The notes: generated from the sequence alone by a model not told the origin. A stretch of 64,000 nt of DNA from a virus (IMGVR_UViG_3300012973_000013:3295-67294); one strand, 5' to 3'. Counted from the stretch's first letter, positions 17,278-26,080 are shown. Numbers and translations: made by a program.

Positions 17278-17279
17278 TG
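17238..17279 (+). repeat. 42-bp direct repeat, copy 1
   Basis: CGTCCCCACCACGGCGCTCGCCAG(T/C)GCGGAGGCTGCGTGATG; 41/42 identical to 17781-17822. Confidence 0.95.
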
Positions 17280-17768
17280 CATTTCTATACTTGCACTGGA
17301 TGCGTGGCCGAGAAGGCCGAATGCGAGCACCGCTCGCGGATCAAGGCCGCCGTCGCCAAGATGAGCGTCCGATCAGTCCGGCATACCTGCAAGGCGCGCG
17401 TGCCGCTCTACAGGCCCGGCGACGCGGTATTCGTCAAGACAGCCAACGACATGAACGCGCCGGAGGATGATTTCTGCATCGCCTGGTTCTCTGGTGTCTT
17501 TGTCGCGCAGAAGGGAAGGCTTGCCCTCGCGCATGTTGCTGACGGCACTGAGTGCGAAGACGGTGTGCGTACGTTCGTCGCCAATGGCAGCGGCGTGGTC
17601 AAGGTACCGCTGTCGCGCGTGAAACCCCGCCCCGGCGCGCCTGCGTCGGATGTTTCTCAGTGCCGCTGGTGCGCAGCCATGACGGCGATCGGGCAGAAGT
17701 GCGGCCGCGATCCTCACTACACGCCGCCGGGCGATTGCCAAGCCGCCCAGCGCGCCAAGGCCGCCTGA
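17274..17768 (+). CDS. Cys-rich hypothetical protein
   Basis: CTGC...C...C and CRWC...C motifs; lies between the 42-bp repeats. Confidence 0.65.
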   Translation: MMHFYTCTGCVAEKAECEHRSRIKAAVAKMSVRSVRHTCKARVPLYRPGDAVFVKTANDMNAPEDDFCIAWFSGVFVAQKGRLALAHVADGTECEDGVRTFVANGSGVVKVPLSRVKPRPGAPASDVSQCRWCAAMTAIGQKCGRDPHYTPPGDCQAAQRAKAA

Positions 17769-17780
17769 CATGACCGCCCG

Positions 17781-17822
17781 CGTCCCCACCACGGCGCTCG
17801 CCAGCGCGGAGGCTGCGTGATG
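17781..17822 (+). repeat. 42-bp direct repeat, copy 2
   Basis: See copy 1. Confidence 0.95.
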
Positions 17823-18071
17823 GCAGCTGACCGAACCCCAGTTAGGACGATCGCAGACCTCTCGACACTGGACGAAGCCGAAATCGTCGAGGGCTATATC
17901 GACGGGCTCGTCGGCTCCCCCTGCGGAGACAACCGCAGCCGGGCCTATTGGCACGGGCACCGCAATGCGCTTGCCGATCGCCACCAGATCGAAATTGACG
18001 GCGACATGCGCGCCCTCGCGGCCGAAATCGCGATGGTGCAGCAGTCCCCCGCGAGGGGGGCCGCCCCATGA
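17820..18071 (+). CDS. Hypothetical protein
   Basis: EIVEGYIDG...NRSRAYWHGHRN. Confidence 0.6.
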   Translation: MAADRTPVRTIADLSTLDEAEIVEGYIDGLVGSPCGDNRSRAYWHGHRNALADRHQIEIDGDMRALAAEIAMVQQSPARGAAP

Positions 18072-18508
18072 CCGCCCCCGGCACCACGCCCCGGCGCTCT
18101 CTGACGGACAAGCAGAAGCTGACCGTCATGGCCCGCTACTGCCGATGCCCGGGCCTGCCGGAACGAGACGTGAAGTGCGGGAAGCGCCTGCCCACGATGG
18201 CGGAGTGCGAGTTCGACCACGTTCACGCGAGGGCGCTCGGTGGCTCCGACGACTTGGACAACTACCGTCCGCTCTGCCCCGAGTGCCACGCGATCAAGAC
18301 GTTCGGCCGGCGCGGCGAGAAGACGGCAACGACCGCCGGCAGTGACATCGCGAACATCGCGAAGGCCCGCCGCAACGCCAAGGCCAACGCCGAATTCTGG
18401 TCCGCCCGGATGACCCGCGAGCCCGGCCAGAAGCGGGCAGCCCGCGGGAAGATCAAGAGCCGCCCATTCCCGAAGCGACAGCGGGCCGCCCCCGCCGTCC
18501 GCCGGTAG
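18068..18508 (+). CDS. HNH endonuclease
   Basis: C..C...EFDHVHARALGGSDDLDNYRPLCPECHAIKT. Confidence 0.88.
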   Translation: MTAPGTTPRRSLTDKQKLTVMARYCRCPGLPERDVKCGKRLPTMAECEFDHVHARALGGSDDLDNYRPLCPECHAIKTFGRRGEKTATTAGSDIANIAKARRNAKANAEFWSARMTREPGQKRAARGKIKSRPFPKRQRAAPAVRR

Positions 18509-18523
18509 CAGGAGACACGAGCG

Positions 18524-19192
18524 ATGACGATCAGACCCATCCTGTTCAGCGCCCCGATGGTCCGCGCCCTGCTCGACGGGCGGAAGACAATGACGCGGCG
18601 GGTGCTGAAGCCGCAGCCGGCCCGCCCCGCGTTCGGTGATGGCTACTGGTACGACGCCGGCGCGCCCGCCCGAGACATCATGGAGGGCGAACCGGAGATC
18701 ACGCGCTTCGCCCCCGGCGATCTGCTGTGGGTGCGGGAGACCTTCAGCGGGGTCCACGAGTACGAGCGCGAGAAGTGGCCGCCGTCCGCATGGTTTGCTG
18801 GCGACCCGCTCTGGTACTGGGCCGACGGCAACCCTGCTGATGGCGATTGGACCAAGCCGAAGCCCGGCATCCACATGCCCCGCTGGGCCTCCCGCCTCAC
18901 CCTCGCCGTCACGGCCGTCCGCGTTGAGCGGCTGCAGGACATCAGCGAGGCGGACGCCATTGCCGAGGGCATCGCCCGCTCGCCGCACGGCAACGGCGAC
19001 CAGTGGTGCAGCTACCCGCTCGGCACATCGGCGGCCGGCTGGCTCGACCCGCGCGAGAGCTACCGCGAACTTTGGAACAGCATCAACGGCGCCGGCGCCT
19101 GGGACGCTAACCCGTGGGTGGCGGTGATCAGTTTCGATGTCCACCGGGCCAACGTCGACACCCTCTCAGCCCAGCCCGAGGACCAGCGATGA
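18524..19192 (+). CDS. ASCH/PUA-like conserved phage protein
   Basis: RPILFSAPMVRALLDGRKTMTRR...IHMPRWASRLTL...RVERLQDISEADAIAEG...WDANPWV. Confidence 0.75.
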   Translation: MTIRPILFSAPMVRALLDGRKTMTRRVLKPQPARPAFGDGYWYDAGAPARDIMEGEPEITRFAPGDLLWVRETFSGVHEYEREKWPPSAWFAGDPLWYWADGNPADGDWTKPKPGIHMPRWASRLTLAVTAVRVERLQDISEADAIAEGIARSPHGNGDQWCSYPLGTSAAGWLDPRESYRELWNSINGAGAWDANPWVAVISFDVHRANVDTLSAQPEDQR

Positions 19193-19395
19193 GCGCCCCC
19201 ATCAGCGACGAGACGATCGGCGAGCTGCGGTGCACGCACTGCAACGACACCGGGATCGTCGCCATCCATTCCACCAGCGGACGCTACGCCGCGCCCGGCC
19301 CTGTGCCGGAGCGCGCCCGGAACTACGCCGAAGCGAAGTGCTGGTTCTGCGGCATCCACCCCGGCGGCTTCGACGGCCCGACAGGAGCGGATTGA
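19189..19395 (+). CDS. Small Zn-finger protein
   Basis: CTHC...CWFC. Confidence 0.55.
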   Translation: MSAPISDETIGELRCTHCNDTGIVAIHSTSGRYAAPGPVPERARNYAEAKCWFCGIHPGGFDGPTGAD

Positions 19396-19616
19396 GATGG
19401 CAATCCCGCGTCACGTTCGCCAGAAGCTGCCTAAAGCGGCGATGATCACAATCAGGTGGAACCGCTGGTCACATTGGTCAAGATGGCATGTTGCTCGGTT
19501 TCGACTAGCTAACTCTGTTCGATATGATCTTGGCCCTATTTCCATTCTACATCGCGCGCCGTGGCTAGAGCAATCAGCCCGCGCCCTCCACCCCCATCTA
19601 TTCAAGGCAGTGGATC

Positions 19617-20081
19617 ATGTCTGTCACCACATTCGAGCGCAACGCCAGCATCGCGGAGATGGCCGTCGAGATGGACCGGCGCGGGGCTGTGATCGAGGCT
19701 CTGGAGGCTGAACTCGACGCAGAGCGCCGTGCACGGGTGGAGGCGGAGCGGGAGCGGGATGTGGCGAGGGCCAAGCTCCGCAGCGGGCCTTTCAAATGGC
19801 CCGTCGCTCCCGCTGTCGATGGCCTTCGGGCCGAGCGAGACACCCTCGCAGAGCGCGTCAAAGCGCTGGAGGCGGGGCTGCGGGGTTTCTTCGAGGGGGT
19901 CAAGGGCGAGATATCCCGGTCGCAGCGTAGCTCACGCGAGGCCCAGCACAAGCGCGGCGCCAACAACGTGAACCGGTCGTACTCGAAAGCCTTCGCCGAT
20001 GGGCTCAGCGAGGCGCAGGCGATTGTTCACTCACATTTCCGCCGCGCCGCCCAGCATCTGGAGAGCAGCAATGCCGAGTGA
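19617..20081 (+). CDS. Coiled-coil hypothetical protein
   Basis: Heptad-rich ORF in the operon. Confidence 0.55.
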   Translation: MSVTTFERNASIAEMAVEMDRRGAVIEALEAELDAERRARVEAERERDVARAKLRSGPFKWPVAPAVDGLRAERDTLAERVKALEAGLRGFFEGVKGEISRSQRSSREAQHKRGANNVNRSYSKAFADGLSEAQAIVHSHFRRAAQHLESSNAE

Positions 20082-21234
20082 ACTGACGAACGCCCCGTCG
20101 CCCATGGCGAAGTCCATCGCCGGCATGGTCGGAGAGTGGTTCACCGGACCGAACCCGGTGAACCTAGAGCAACTGGCCGCGCTGATTGATCGCCGGATGG
20201 AACGGTTCGCCGCCTCCCGTCTCTCCGCCCCCACCGAGGATGCGGTGGAAGCCGTGGCGAGGGAGCCTTGGATACAGACCTATTCGGGAAAGAAATTCTT
20301 TCCGTCAGCACCCAAAACAGAGGATGTGGACATCCTCGACATCGCGCACGCACTGTCGATGCTGTGCCGCTACGGCGGCCACTGCAAGCAGTTCTACAGC
20401 GTCGCGGAGCACAGCGTCCACGCTTCCTACGCTGTTGCCTCAGAGCACGCTCTGTGGGCATTACTGCATGACGCCAGCGAAGCCTATCTCGTCGATGTGC
20501 CTCGGCCCATCAAGCCGCTCCTGACTGGCTACAAAGAACTTGAAGCTGGCATCATGCGTGCCGTCTGCGGCCGGTTTGGTCTGCCCAATGATCAGCCCGA
20601 AGACGTAGCGCGCGTCGACAAGGCGTTGCTGTATGACGAGCGGGTCGCCAACATGGCAATTGCGCCTGAGGCCTGGAGCACAGATGCGCCACCTGTCGGG
20701 GCGAAGTTACTTTTTTTGAGCCCACCAGACGCGGAAGCCGCATTCCTGGCGCGTTTCAACGAACTTTGCCCACAACACGCCCGCGCAGCCATCGCCGCTC
20801 TCCCCACCCCGCCAGGCGGAGGCGAGGCTATGCGGGAGGCGGCGGGGTGGGCCTTTCAGCCTCGTGTGCACGAGTGGATCATCGCCTGCTTCGGCGCCGA
20901 GATCGGCGCCGACAAGGTCGAGCGCAACCATCGCTTCCTGGAGGAGGCATTGGAGGCCGTCCAGTCTCTCGGCTGCACCGCCAGCGAAGCGCATCAACTC
21001 GTCGACTACGTCTATGGGCGGCCGGTCGGCGACCCCAGGCAGGAAGTCGGCGGCGTCCTCAACACGCTTGCGGCGCTCTGCACCGCCGCTGGCATCGACA
21101 TGGTCGAGTGTGGCGAGGCGGAGCTTCGCCGCGTCTGGACGAAGGTCGAGCAGATCAGGGCGAAGCAGGCTGCGAAGCCCAAGCATTCGCCGCTGCCCGG
21201 CCCGTCCCTTCCCACCCCGCCGCAGGAGGGCTGA
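20071..21234 (+). CDS. HD-domain (YfbR/YfdR-like) phosphohydrolase fused to a MazG-like NTP pyrophosphatase domain
   Basis: WIQTYSG...DIAHALSMLCRYGGH...YSVAEHS...LLHDASEAY, then ERNHRFLEEALE...QEVGGVLNTLAAL. Confidence 0.78.
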   Translation: MPSELTNAPSPMAKSIAGMVGEWFTGPNPVNLEQLAALIDRRMERFAASRLSAPTEDAVEAVAREPWIQTYSGKKFFPSAPKTEDVDILDIAHALSMLCRYGGHCKQFYSVAEHSVHASYAVASEHALWALLHDASEAYLVDVPRPIKPLLTGYKELEAGIMRAVCGRFGLPNDQPEDVARVDKALLYDERVANMAIAPEAWSTDAPPVGAKLLFLSPPDAEAAFLARFNELCPQHARAAIAALPTPPGGGEAMREAAGWAFQPRVHEWIIACFGAEIGADKVERNHRFLEEALEAVQSLGCTASEAHQLVDYVYGRPVGDPRQEVGGVLNTLAALCTAAGIDMVECGEAELRRVWTKVEQIRAKQAAKPKHSPLPGPSLPTPPQEG

Positions 21235-21387
21235 GACGGTGAGCCTTCACGCGAAACTTGAACAAGCAGAGGCCGCATGTCCATGCGGGTCGTACTGCGG
21301 ACAGTGCGGATCGCAGCTGCACAGCAGCTCCTCGCGCTGGTGGCGGCGCCTCCTGATCCGCATTTTACGAGCATTGGATCGCCGCCC

Positions 21388-21882
21388 ATGACCCTCACCG
21401 ACCTGATAGCGCGAGTGGAAGGGGCGAGCGGGGCCGATCGCGAGATCGACGGCCGCGTAATGTTCAGCCTGTTCGCCAAGCCCATGTGCGGGAGAGGATA
21501 CCTGTGGCCCGAGGACAATCCTTGTTGGTCGTTCGCCTTCCGGTTCGACCAATCCATGCGGGCGGCACGAACGGCGCATGACGAGACGATCGAATGGCAG
21601 CAGAGTGATGGTTCGTGGATTTTGATGAATAGCCTTCGTGTCCCGCCGCTCACCGCATCCATCGACGCAGTGGTGGCGCTGATCCGGCGTACACCGAGAG
21701 CGGAATACAGCGTAGCAGGGACCGAGGACTACGCAGAGGCCCACGTAAATTTCCCAGTCGATCCCGCTGTAGAGGACGGCGACTATTTTGAGGGGAGCAC
21801 GGGGTCTAAGTGTTATCCCCCCGCCCTCGCTCTCCTCCTTGCCTTCCTGCGCGCCTATCAGGCGAGGGCTGCAGCGGCATGA
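21388..21882 (+). CDS. Hypothetical protein
   Basis: LIARVEGASGADREID...TASIDA...ALALLLAFLRA, a recurrent Rhizobiales phage pattern. Confidence 0.65.
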   Translation: MTLTDLIARVEGASGADREIDGRVMFSLFAKPMCGRGYLWPEDNPCWSFAFRFDQSMRAARTAHDETIEWQQSDGSWILMNSLRVPPLTASIDAVVALIRRTPRAEYSVAGTEDYAEAHVNFPVDPAVEDGDYFEGSTGSKCYPPALALLLAFLRAYQARAAAA

Positions 21883-22298
21883 CCGAGCCCCCTCTCCGCT
21901 GCACCTGCGGCCGGCTGTACCGCGAGTGCTTCGACGTGGCCGTGGCCGACCCCACATGGGACCGCATCGCCCCGAGTGCAGACGGTGGCGTCCTCTGCGC
22001 TGGCTGCATGCACGATCGGCTCGTGGCTGCCGGTCTCGACCACTACGCGACCCCTGGCTGCATCACCAGCGGGCCTATGGCTGCGACACCGGTCATGGAA
22101 TCGGCATGGCGGGCTGCCGTCGGACGAGATCCGGGGCTCACCGATGCGGACGTGGAGCGGGCTGCTCGAGCGATCATGCGAGAGATCTGCGCGGCGTGGG
22201 GCCTCGCCACCGACGAGCACGGCGGCGACAGGATATGGCGGCACTACGAGAGCGCCGGACGCGCGGCCATATCGGCGTACCTGAGCACCGGAGGCTAG
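21879..22298 (+). CDS. Hypothetical protein
   Basis: Operon-packed ORF with Cys motifs. Confidence 0.55.
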   Translation: MTEPPLRCTCGRLYRECFDVAVADPTWDRIAPSADGGVLCAGCMHDRLVAAGLDHYATPGCITSGPMAATPVMESAWRAAVGRDPGLTDADVERAARAIMREICAAWGLATDEHGGDRIWRHYESAGRAAISAYLSTGG

Positions 22299-22299
22299 A

Positions 22300-22578
22300 G
22301 TGACCAAGCGCCCTCCCGACGCCGCCACTGACACGCCACTTTTTGTGAGCGACACGGCGCTGGCGCCCCTTCTCGGGGTCGGTGAGTCCAAGGCGCGCGC
22401 CGCTATCCGAGCTCTAGAGCGTGAAGGCTTCCCGCCGCGAGACCCGATCTTCGGCGGTCGCTATTGGCCGGCCGTCCGGGATTACCTTGACCGCCGAGCC
22501 GGTCTGCGCGTGCAATCCGCTCCCCTGCCCCTCGCTCCTGACGGGGCAGAGAATTGGGGAGACGAAGATGCGGCGTGA
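22300..22578 (+). CDS. Excisionase-like winged HTH
   Basis: LAPLLGVG...LEREGFPPRDPIFGGRYWPAVRDYLD; directly precedes the integrase. Confidence 0.7.
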   Translation: MTKRPPDAATDTPLFVSDTALAPLLGVGESKARAAIRALEREGFPPRDPIFGGRYWPAVRDYLDRRAGLRVQSAPLPLAPDGAENWGDEDAA

Positions 22579-23785
22579 TGCAGAGGCGCCCGGCCTCATC
22601 AAGATCAGGCGACCGAACGGCGTGGAGCTGTGGTGGTCGGCTGCCCGGGCCAGCAAGAAGCCGGAGGCCAAGACGTTCCGCCCCCGGACGGTCCGCCTAC
22701 GGGACGAGGCCCCCGACGCGGTCGCTCGCCGATGCGGCGAGTTGACCGCCGAGCTTGCAGCATGGGTCGAGGCCGAAGGTAAGTCAGGGCAGCGGACCGT
22801 CCGCTTCGACGGCACCGTGCGTTCGCTGAGCCGTCACTACGAGTCCCACCCCGACAGCCCACGTCGCGGCGTCAGCTTCGCTACGGGGCGCGTCTACGAC
22901 GTCGAGGCGAGGACGCTGGTTGACGCGGTTGGCGATCGTCGCGTCGACAGGATCACCGGCGCCGACCTCCGTCGCTGGCACGCGAACTTCGCGAAGCCGT
23001 CGAAGCCCGGCGGTGAACCTCGACTGCGCCGGGCACAGGGCGCCATGAAGGCGCTGCGGCGCATCGTGTCGTGGGGCGTGTCGATGCGCCTACCCGGTTG
23101 CCCGGAGATGAAGGCGATCCTCGCCGAGATGCGGTTCGCAATGCCCGCCGCCCGCGAACAGGCGCCGAGCTTCGATCAGGTCCTGTCGTTCATTGCAGCC
23201 GCTCACGAGGCGGGACGGCCATCACTCGCTATGGCAGCCGCACTGATGTTTGACACGTCCCTGCGTCAGACGGACGTGATCGGCAAGTGGGAGCCGGTGT
23301 CGGACGCAAAGCATCAGGGCGGCTATCACCACGCCGGCCGACGCTGGCATGGCGGGATCCTCTGGCAGGACATGGCGAACGGGGAACTGGCGAAGCGCAC
23401 GACGAAGACAGGCGCCAAGGCGCAGTACAACGTCGCGGATCTCCCGCTGGTCATGGCCGAGATTGAACGGACGCCGGAGGAACGACGAATCGGACCAATG
23501 GTGATCGACGAGGCGACAGGCCGGCCGTACCGGCACCGCTGGTTTGCGGCCCTTTGGCGGCGCGTTGCTCGCAAGGCTGGCATCCCCGACGCGATCTGGT
23601 CACGGGACACCCGAGCCGGCGCGATCACCGAGGCGTTCGATGCTGGCGCGCCGCTCGAGCACGTTCGTCAGATGGCGACGCATTCCGACCCGAAGGTCAC
23701 CGGTCGATACAACCGGGGATCGGCAGAGCAGACTTCGACCGTCGCCACGCTGAGGGCAAAGCACCGGGCGAAGAGAACGGACTAG
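22568..23785 (+). CDS. int: Tyrosine integrase
   Basis: TSLRQTD (R), TTKTG (K), RDTRAG (HxxR variant), ATHS (H), GRY (Y); adjacent to the tRNA-derived att core. Confidence 0.9.
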   Translation: MRRDAEAPGLIKIRRPNGVELWWSAARASKKPEAKTFRPRTVRLRDEAPDAVARRCGELTAELAAWVEAEGKSGQRTVRFDGTVRSLSRHYESHPDSPRRGVSFATGRVYDVEARTLVDAVGDRRVDRITGADLRRWHANFAKPSKPGGEPRLRRAQGAMKALRRIVSWGVSMRLPGCPEMKAILAEMRFAMPAAREQAPSFDQVLSFIAAAHEAGRPSLAMAAALMFDTSLRQTDVIGKWEPVSDAKHQGGYHHAGRRWHGGILWQDMANGELAKRTTKTGAKAQYNVADLPLVMAEIERTPEERRIGPMVIDEATGRPYRHRWFAALWRRVARKAGIPDAIWSRDTRAGAITEAFDAGAPLEHVRQMATHSDPKVTGRYNRGSAEQTSTVATLRAKHRAKRTD

Positions 23786-23816
23786 GAAACGGGTGGCGAA
23801 ACGGAGGGTGAAACAG
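23774..23816 (+). repeat. Putative integrase arm-type sites (GAAACGG at 12-bp period)
   Basis: AGAACGG 23774, GAAACGG 23786, GAAACGG 23798, GAAACAG 23810; inverted copies GCGTTTC 23927 and CCGTTTC 23955 on the other side of the core. Confidence 0.65.
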
Positions 23817-23851
23817 GATTAGCCGGCATTCTTCTAAGTCGTTGGAAACCT

Positions 23852-23900
23852 TGGCGACCCCGGCTGGACTCGAACCAGCGACCAACAGCTTAGAAGGCTG
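23852..23900 (-). other. att core: 3' half of tRNA-Arg(UCU), probable attP
   Basis: Minus strand CAGC-CTTCTAA-GCTG TTGGTC GCTGG-TTCGAGT-CCAGC CGGGGTCG CCA gives anticodon arm, T-arm and CCA; no D-arm or 5' acceptor strand upstream. Confidence 0.88.
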
Positions 23901-23993
23901 AGACAAGCCCTTGAGATCGCGAGGGCGCGTTTCTCGCCTGCCAGTCCTGCCCTTCCGTTTCGTCGCCTCCATTGATGGAGGTTACGGACGCAG

Positions 23994-24581
23994 ATGCCAC
24001 ACGCACAGATTGCAAGCGCCATCGAAGCCCGCCCCGGCGAGCACATCCGCACTGTCGCCATGCGAGCGGCCACTGCAGCGGACGAGCGCCACGAACCCGT
24101 CGAGTTCCTGTTCAACGACGTGCTGATGACGGTGGCGCCCGGGGCCGAGGCCGAATCTGTCGTCACCGAATACGAGGTGAAGTGCGAGGAGCGGCGCGCC
24201 GCTTACCGCGCCAGCCCCGAAGGAATCGCTGCTGCGAAGGCCCGCGCTGCGGAGATCGTCGCCAACCAGGCGGAGGTCGATGCGCTGATGGCCGAGTTGC
24301 CGACCGCCCGCAGCGACATCGACGTGATTGATTGGCTGTGCGCCTACGCGCGCGAGGCCGATGACATCGACGTGAAGGCGCCGCACGCGGCCGTAGCCGA
24401 CTATCTCGAAGGCCTCGGCTACCGGAGAGGCGAGAATGTCGGCCGCACGGACCTCGCCAACGACCGCGTCGGCATGGCCCGTTGGATCATCGGGCAGGCC
24501 CTCGACTTCCTTCGTCGCGGGTATCCGCCGCACGGCGTCATCCACCACTTCCGCGACAAGCATCGCGGGATGGCCGCATGA
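23994..24581 (+). CDS. Hypothetical protein
   Basis: GGAGG RBS; first gene past the att core. Confidence 0.7.
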   Translation: MPHAQIASAIEARPGEHIRTVAMRAATAADERHEPVEFLFNDVLMTVAPGAEAESVVTEYEVKCEERRAAYRASPEGIAAAKARAAEIVANQAEVDALMAELPTARSDIDVIDWLCAYAREADDIDVKAPHAAVADYLEGLGYRRGENVGRTDLANDRVGMARWIIGQALDFLRRGYPPHGVIHHFRDKHRGMAA

Positions 24582-25093
24582 CCCGCCCCGTCCTCTTCCT
24601 CGACATAGACGGCGTTCTCCTCGCCGGCCGGCACTGGCGGGACGGGCATCAAGCCCGCTACCCGGGCAAGGCCACGAAGACCGTGCCGCCGGAGATGCAG
24701 TGGCCGATGAACGAGCTGTGGCGGCGAGCACCGCACCGCATCGTCGTGTCGAGCACCTGGCGCAGGGACGACCACTGCCGCGATCATCTGCGAGCGGCCG
24801 GCATCGTTGCCCCGTTCCACGACGACTGGCGGACGCCGAGCGGACCCGTCACCCGAACGGACAGCATCCCCATGTCTCTGCGGCTGCGTCCGGCCAATAG
24901 CGACCGCGAGATCGCCGACTGGCTCCGTCGCCACCCCGAGGTCGCCCGCTACGCCATCGTGGACGATGACAACGACATGCTGGACGAGCAGCGGCCGTAC
25001 TTCGTCCGGACTGAATTCGAGGAAGGGCTGACTGCGGCGCACGTCGACCGTCTGGCCGCGATCCTCGGTGAACGATCGGAGCAGGCAGCATGA
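24578..25093 (+). CDS. HAD-superfamily phosphatase (Swiss-army-knife RNA-repair-like HAD)
   Basis: LFLDIDGVL, IVVSSTWR, IADWL, YAIVDD. Confidence 0.82.
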   Translation: MTRPVLFLDIDGVLLAGRHWRDGHQARYPGKATKTVPPEMQWPMNELWRRAPHRIVVSSTWRRDDHCRDHLRAAGIVAPFHDDWRTPSGPVTRTDSIPMSLRLRPANSDREIADWLRRHPEVARYAIVDDDNDMLDEQRPYFVRTEFEEGLTAAHVDRLAAILGERSEQAA

Positions 25094-25323
25094 CGCACGT
25101 ATGGGCGAAATGTGAGGAGTGCGGAGACCGATCGGTCGGGCGGATCTGCCCGCGCTGCCGTTACAACGCACTCGGCGGGCTCCCGGCCGACGACGAATTC
25201 GACAGATGGGGCGGGCGCGTTGTCCTCGCCGCAATGGTCTGCGTCTTCGTCCTGCCGATAGCAGTGGGGGTCATCGGACTTACCGCGAGCATCGTCATGT
25301 CGTCCTACGGAGCATGCGAATGA
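25090..25323 (+). CDS. Small Zn-ribbon + TM protein
   Basis: CEEC...CPRC followed by a hydrophobic helix. Confidence 0.55.
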   Translation: MTHVWAKCEECGDRSVGRICPRCRYNALGGLPADDEFDRWGGRVVLAAMVCVFVLPIAVGVIGLTASIVMSSYGACE

Positions 25324-25553
25324 CTGTTCTCACCTGCAAGCGTGACCGCCTCGTGGCTCTACTCAAAGAGCACGCTGCCCGCACCGAAAGCATGCTCGTC
25401 CGCGAACTCTGCTGGAACGCCGCGGATCGGATCGCAGAGTTAGAGGCCGAAGTGGCAGCCTACCGCAGCGCCGAGACGATCAGCATCCGTCTCACGCCAG
25501 CGGGAATCGAGGCTGCCAGCAAGCTCGGCGAGTGCAAGGGGGGCGCAGCGTGA
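25320..25553 (+). CDS. Hypothetical protein
   Basis: AADRIAELEAEV motif; ATGA overlap. Confidence 0.55.
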   Translation: MTVLTCKRDRLVALLKEHAARTESMLVRELCWNAADRIAELEAEVAAYRSAETISIRLTPAGIEAASKLGECKGGAA

Positions 25554-26080
25554 GCACGAGAGAAGCCGCCGCGATGGCCGCCGCGCTCGACCGCCTCATG
25601 TCCATAGCGCTTGGGCCGCCGGTCACCGCATTGGATGAGTACGACGAGATGCGCGCCGCCCACCGCCTCGTGCTCGGCATGAGCCGGGCAGGCTACGAAG
25701 CGATCAAGCGCGGGCGCCATGCCGAGCGCATGGCGCGGCTGTCTCTGGAGCACGCGGCGAAGATACGCCGTGGCGAAGCCCCGCTCCCTCTGCGCCCGCC
25801 CATGTCGCCCGGACTGCGGAAGCACCTCGACCAGCGAATCGCAGCCGATCGGGCGCTCGCCGCTGAACACCGGCCGGAGCCGGCCACCGCAGGGAAGGAC
25901 TCAGAGGATGGGCTGGAACAGCGTCGCAGTGATTCTCCACGATCATCTGCACGACATCGAGAAGGATGCCGCCTTTGGGGAGCGCATAGGCCGCGCCGTC
26001 CGAGGGTTCTCGATGCGGAAGCATCGCATCGGCGCCGACGAGGCAGACGCACGCACCGAAAACTGCGTTTCGATCGGTAG
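25550..26080 (+). CDS. Hypothetical protein (3' end overlaps the next gene)
   Basis: GTGA coupling at the start; the last ~170 nt overlap the next ORF, so the true end is uncertain. Confidence 0.4.
   Translation: MSTREAAAMAAALDRLMSIALGPPVTALDEYDEMRAAHRLVLGMSRAGYEAIKRGRHAERMARLSLEHAAKIRRGEAPLPLRPPMSPGLRKHLDQRIAADRALAAEHRPEPATAGKDSEDGLEQRRSDSPRSSARHREGCRLWGAHRPRRPRVLDAEASHRRRRGRRTHRKLRFDR

Noticed and set aside
19397-19711. 104-aa Trp/Arg-rich ORF
   Set aside because: Its 3' end overlaps 19617-20081 by 95 nt and it has no motif. It may be a real shorter gene but its ends cannot be supported.
20071-21234. dZ (2-aminoadenine) genome pathway (DatZ/MazZ)
   Set aside because: No PurZ/adenylosuccinate-synthetase homolog or phage DNA polymerase in the window.
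23774-23816. CRISPR-like array
   Set aside because: The repeats are 7 bp at a 12-bp period next to an integrase, with no spacers or cas genes. No CRISPR array was seen anywhere in the window.
23852-23930. Complete tRNA-Arg gene
   Set aside because: No D-arm or 5' acceptor strand upstream of the anticodon stem; it is an att core only.
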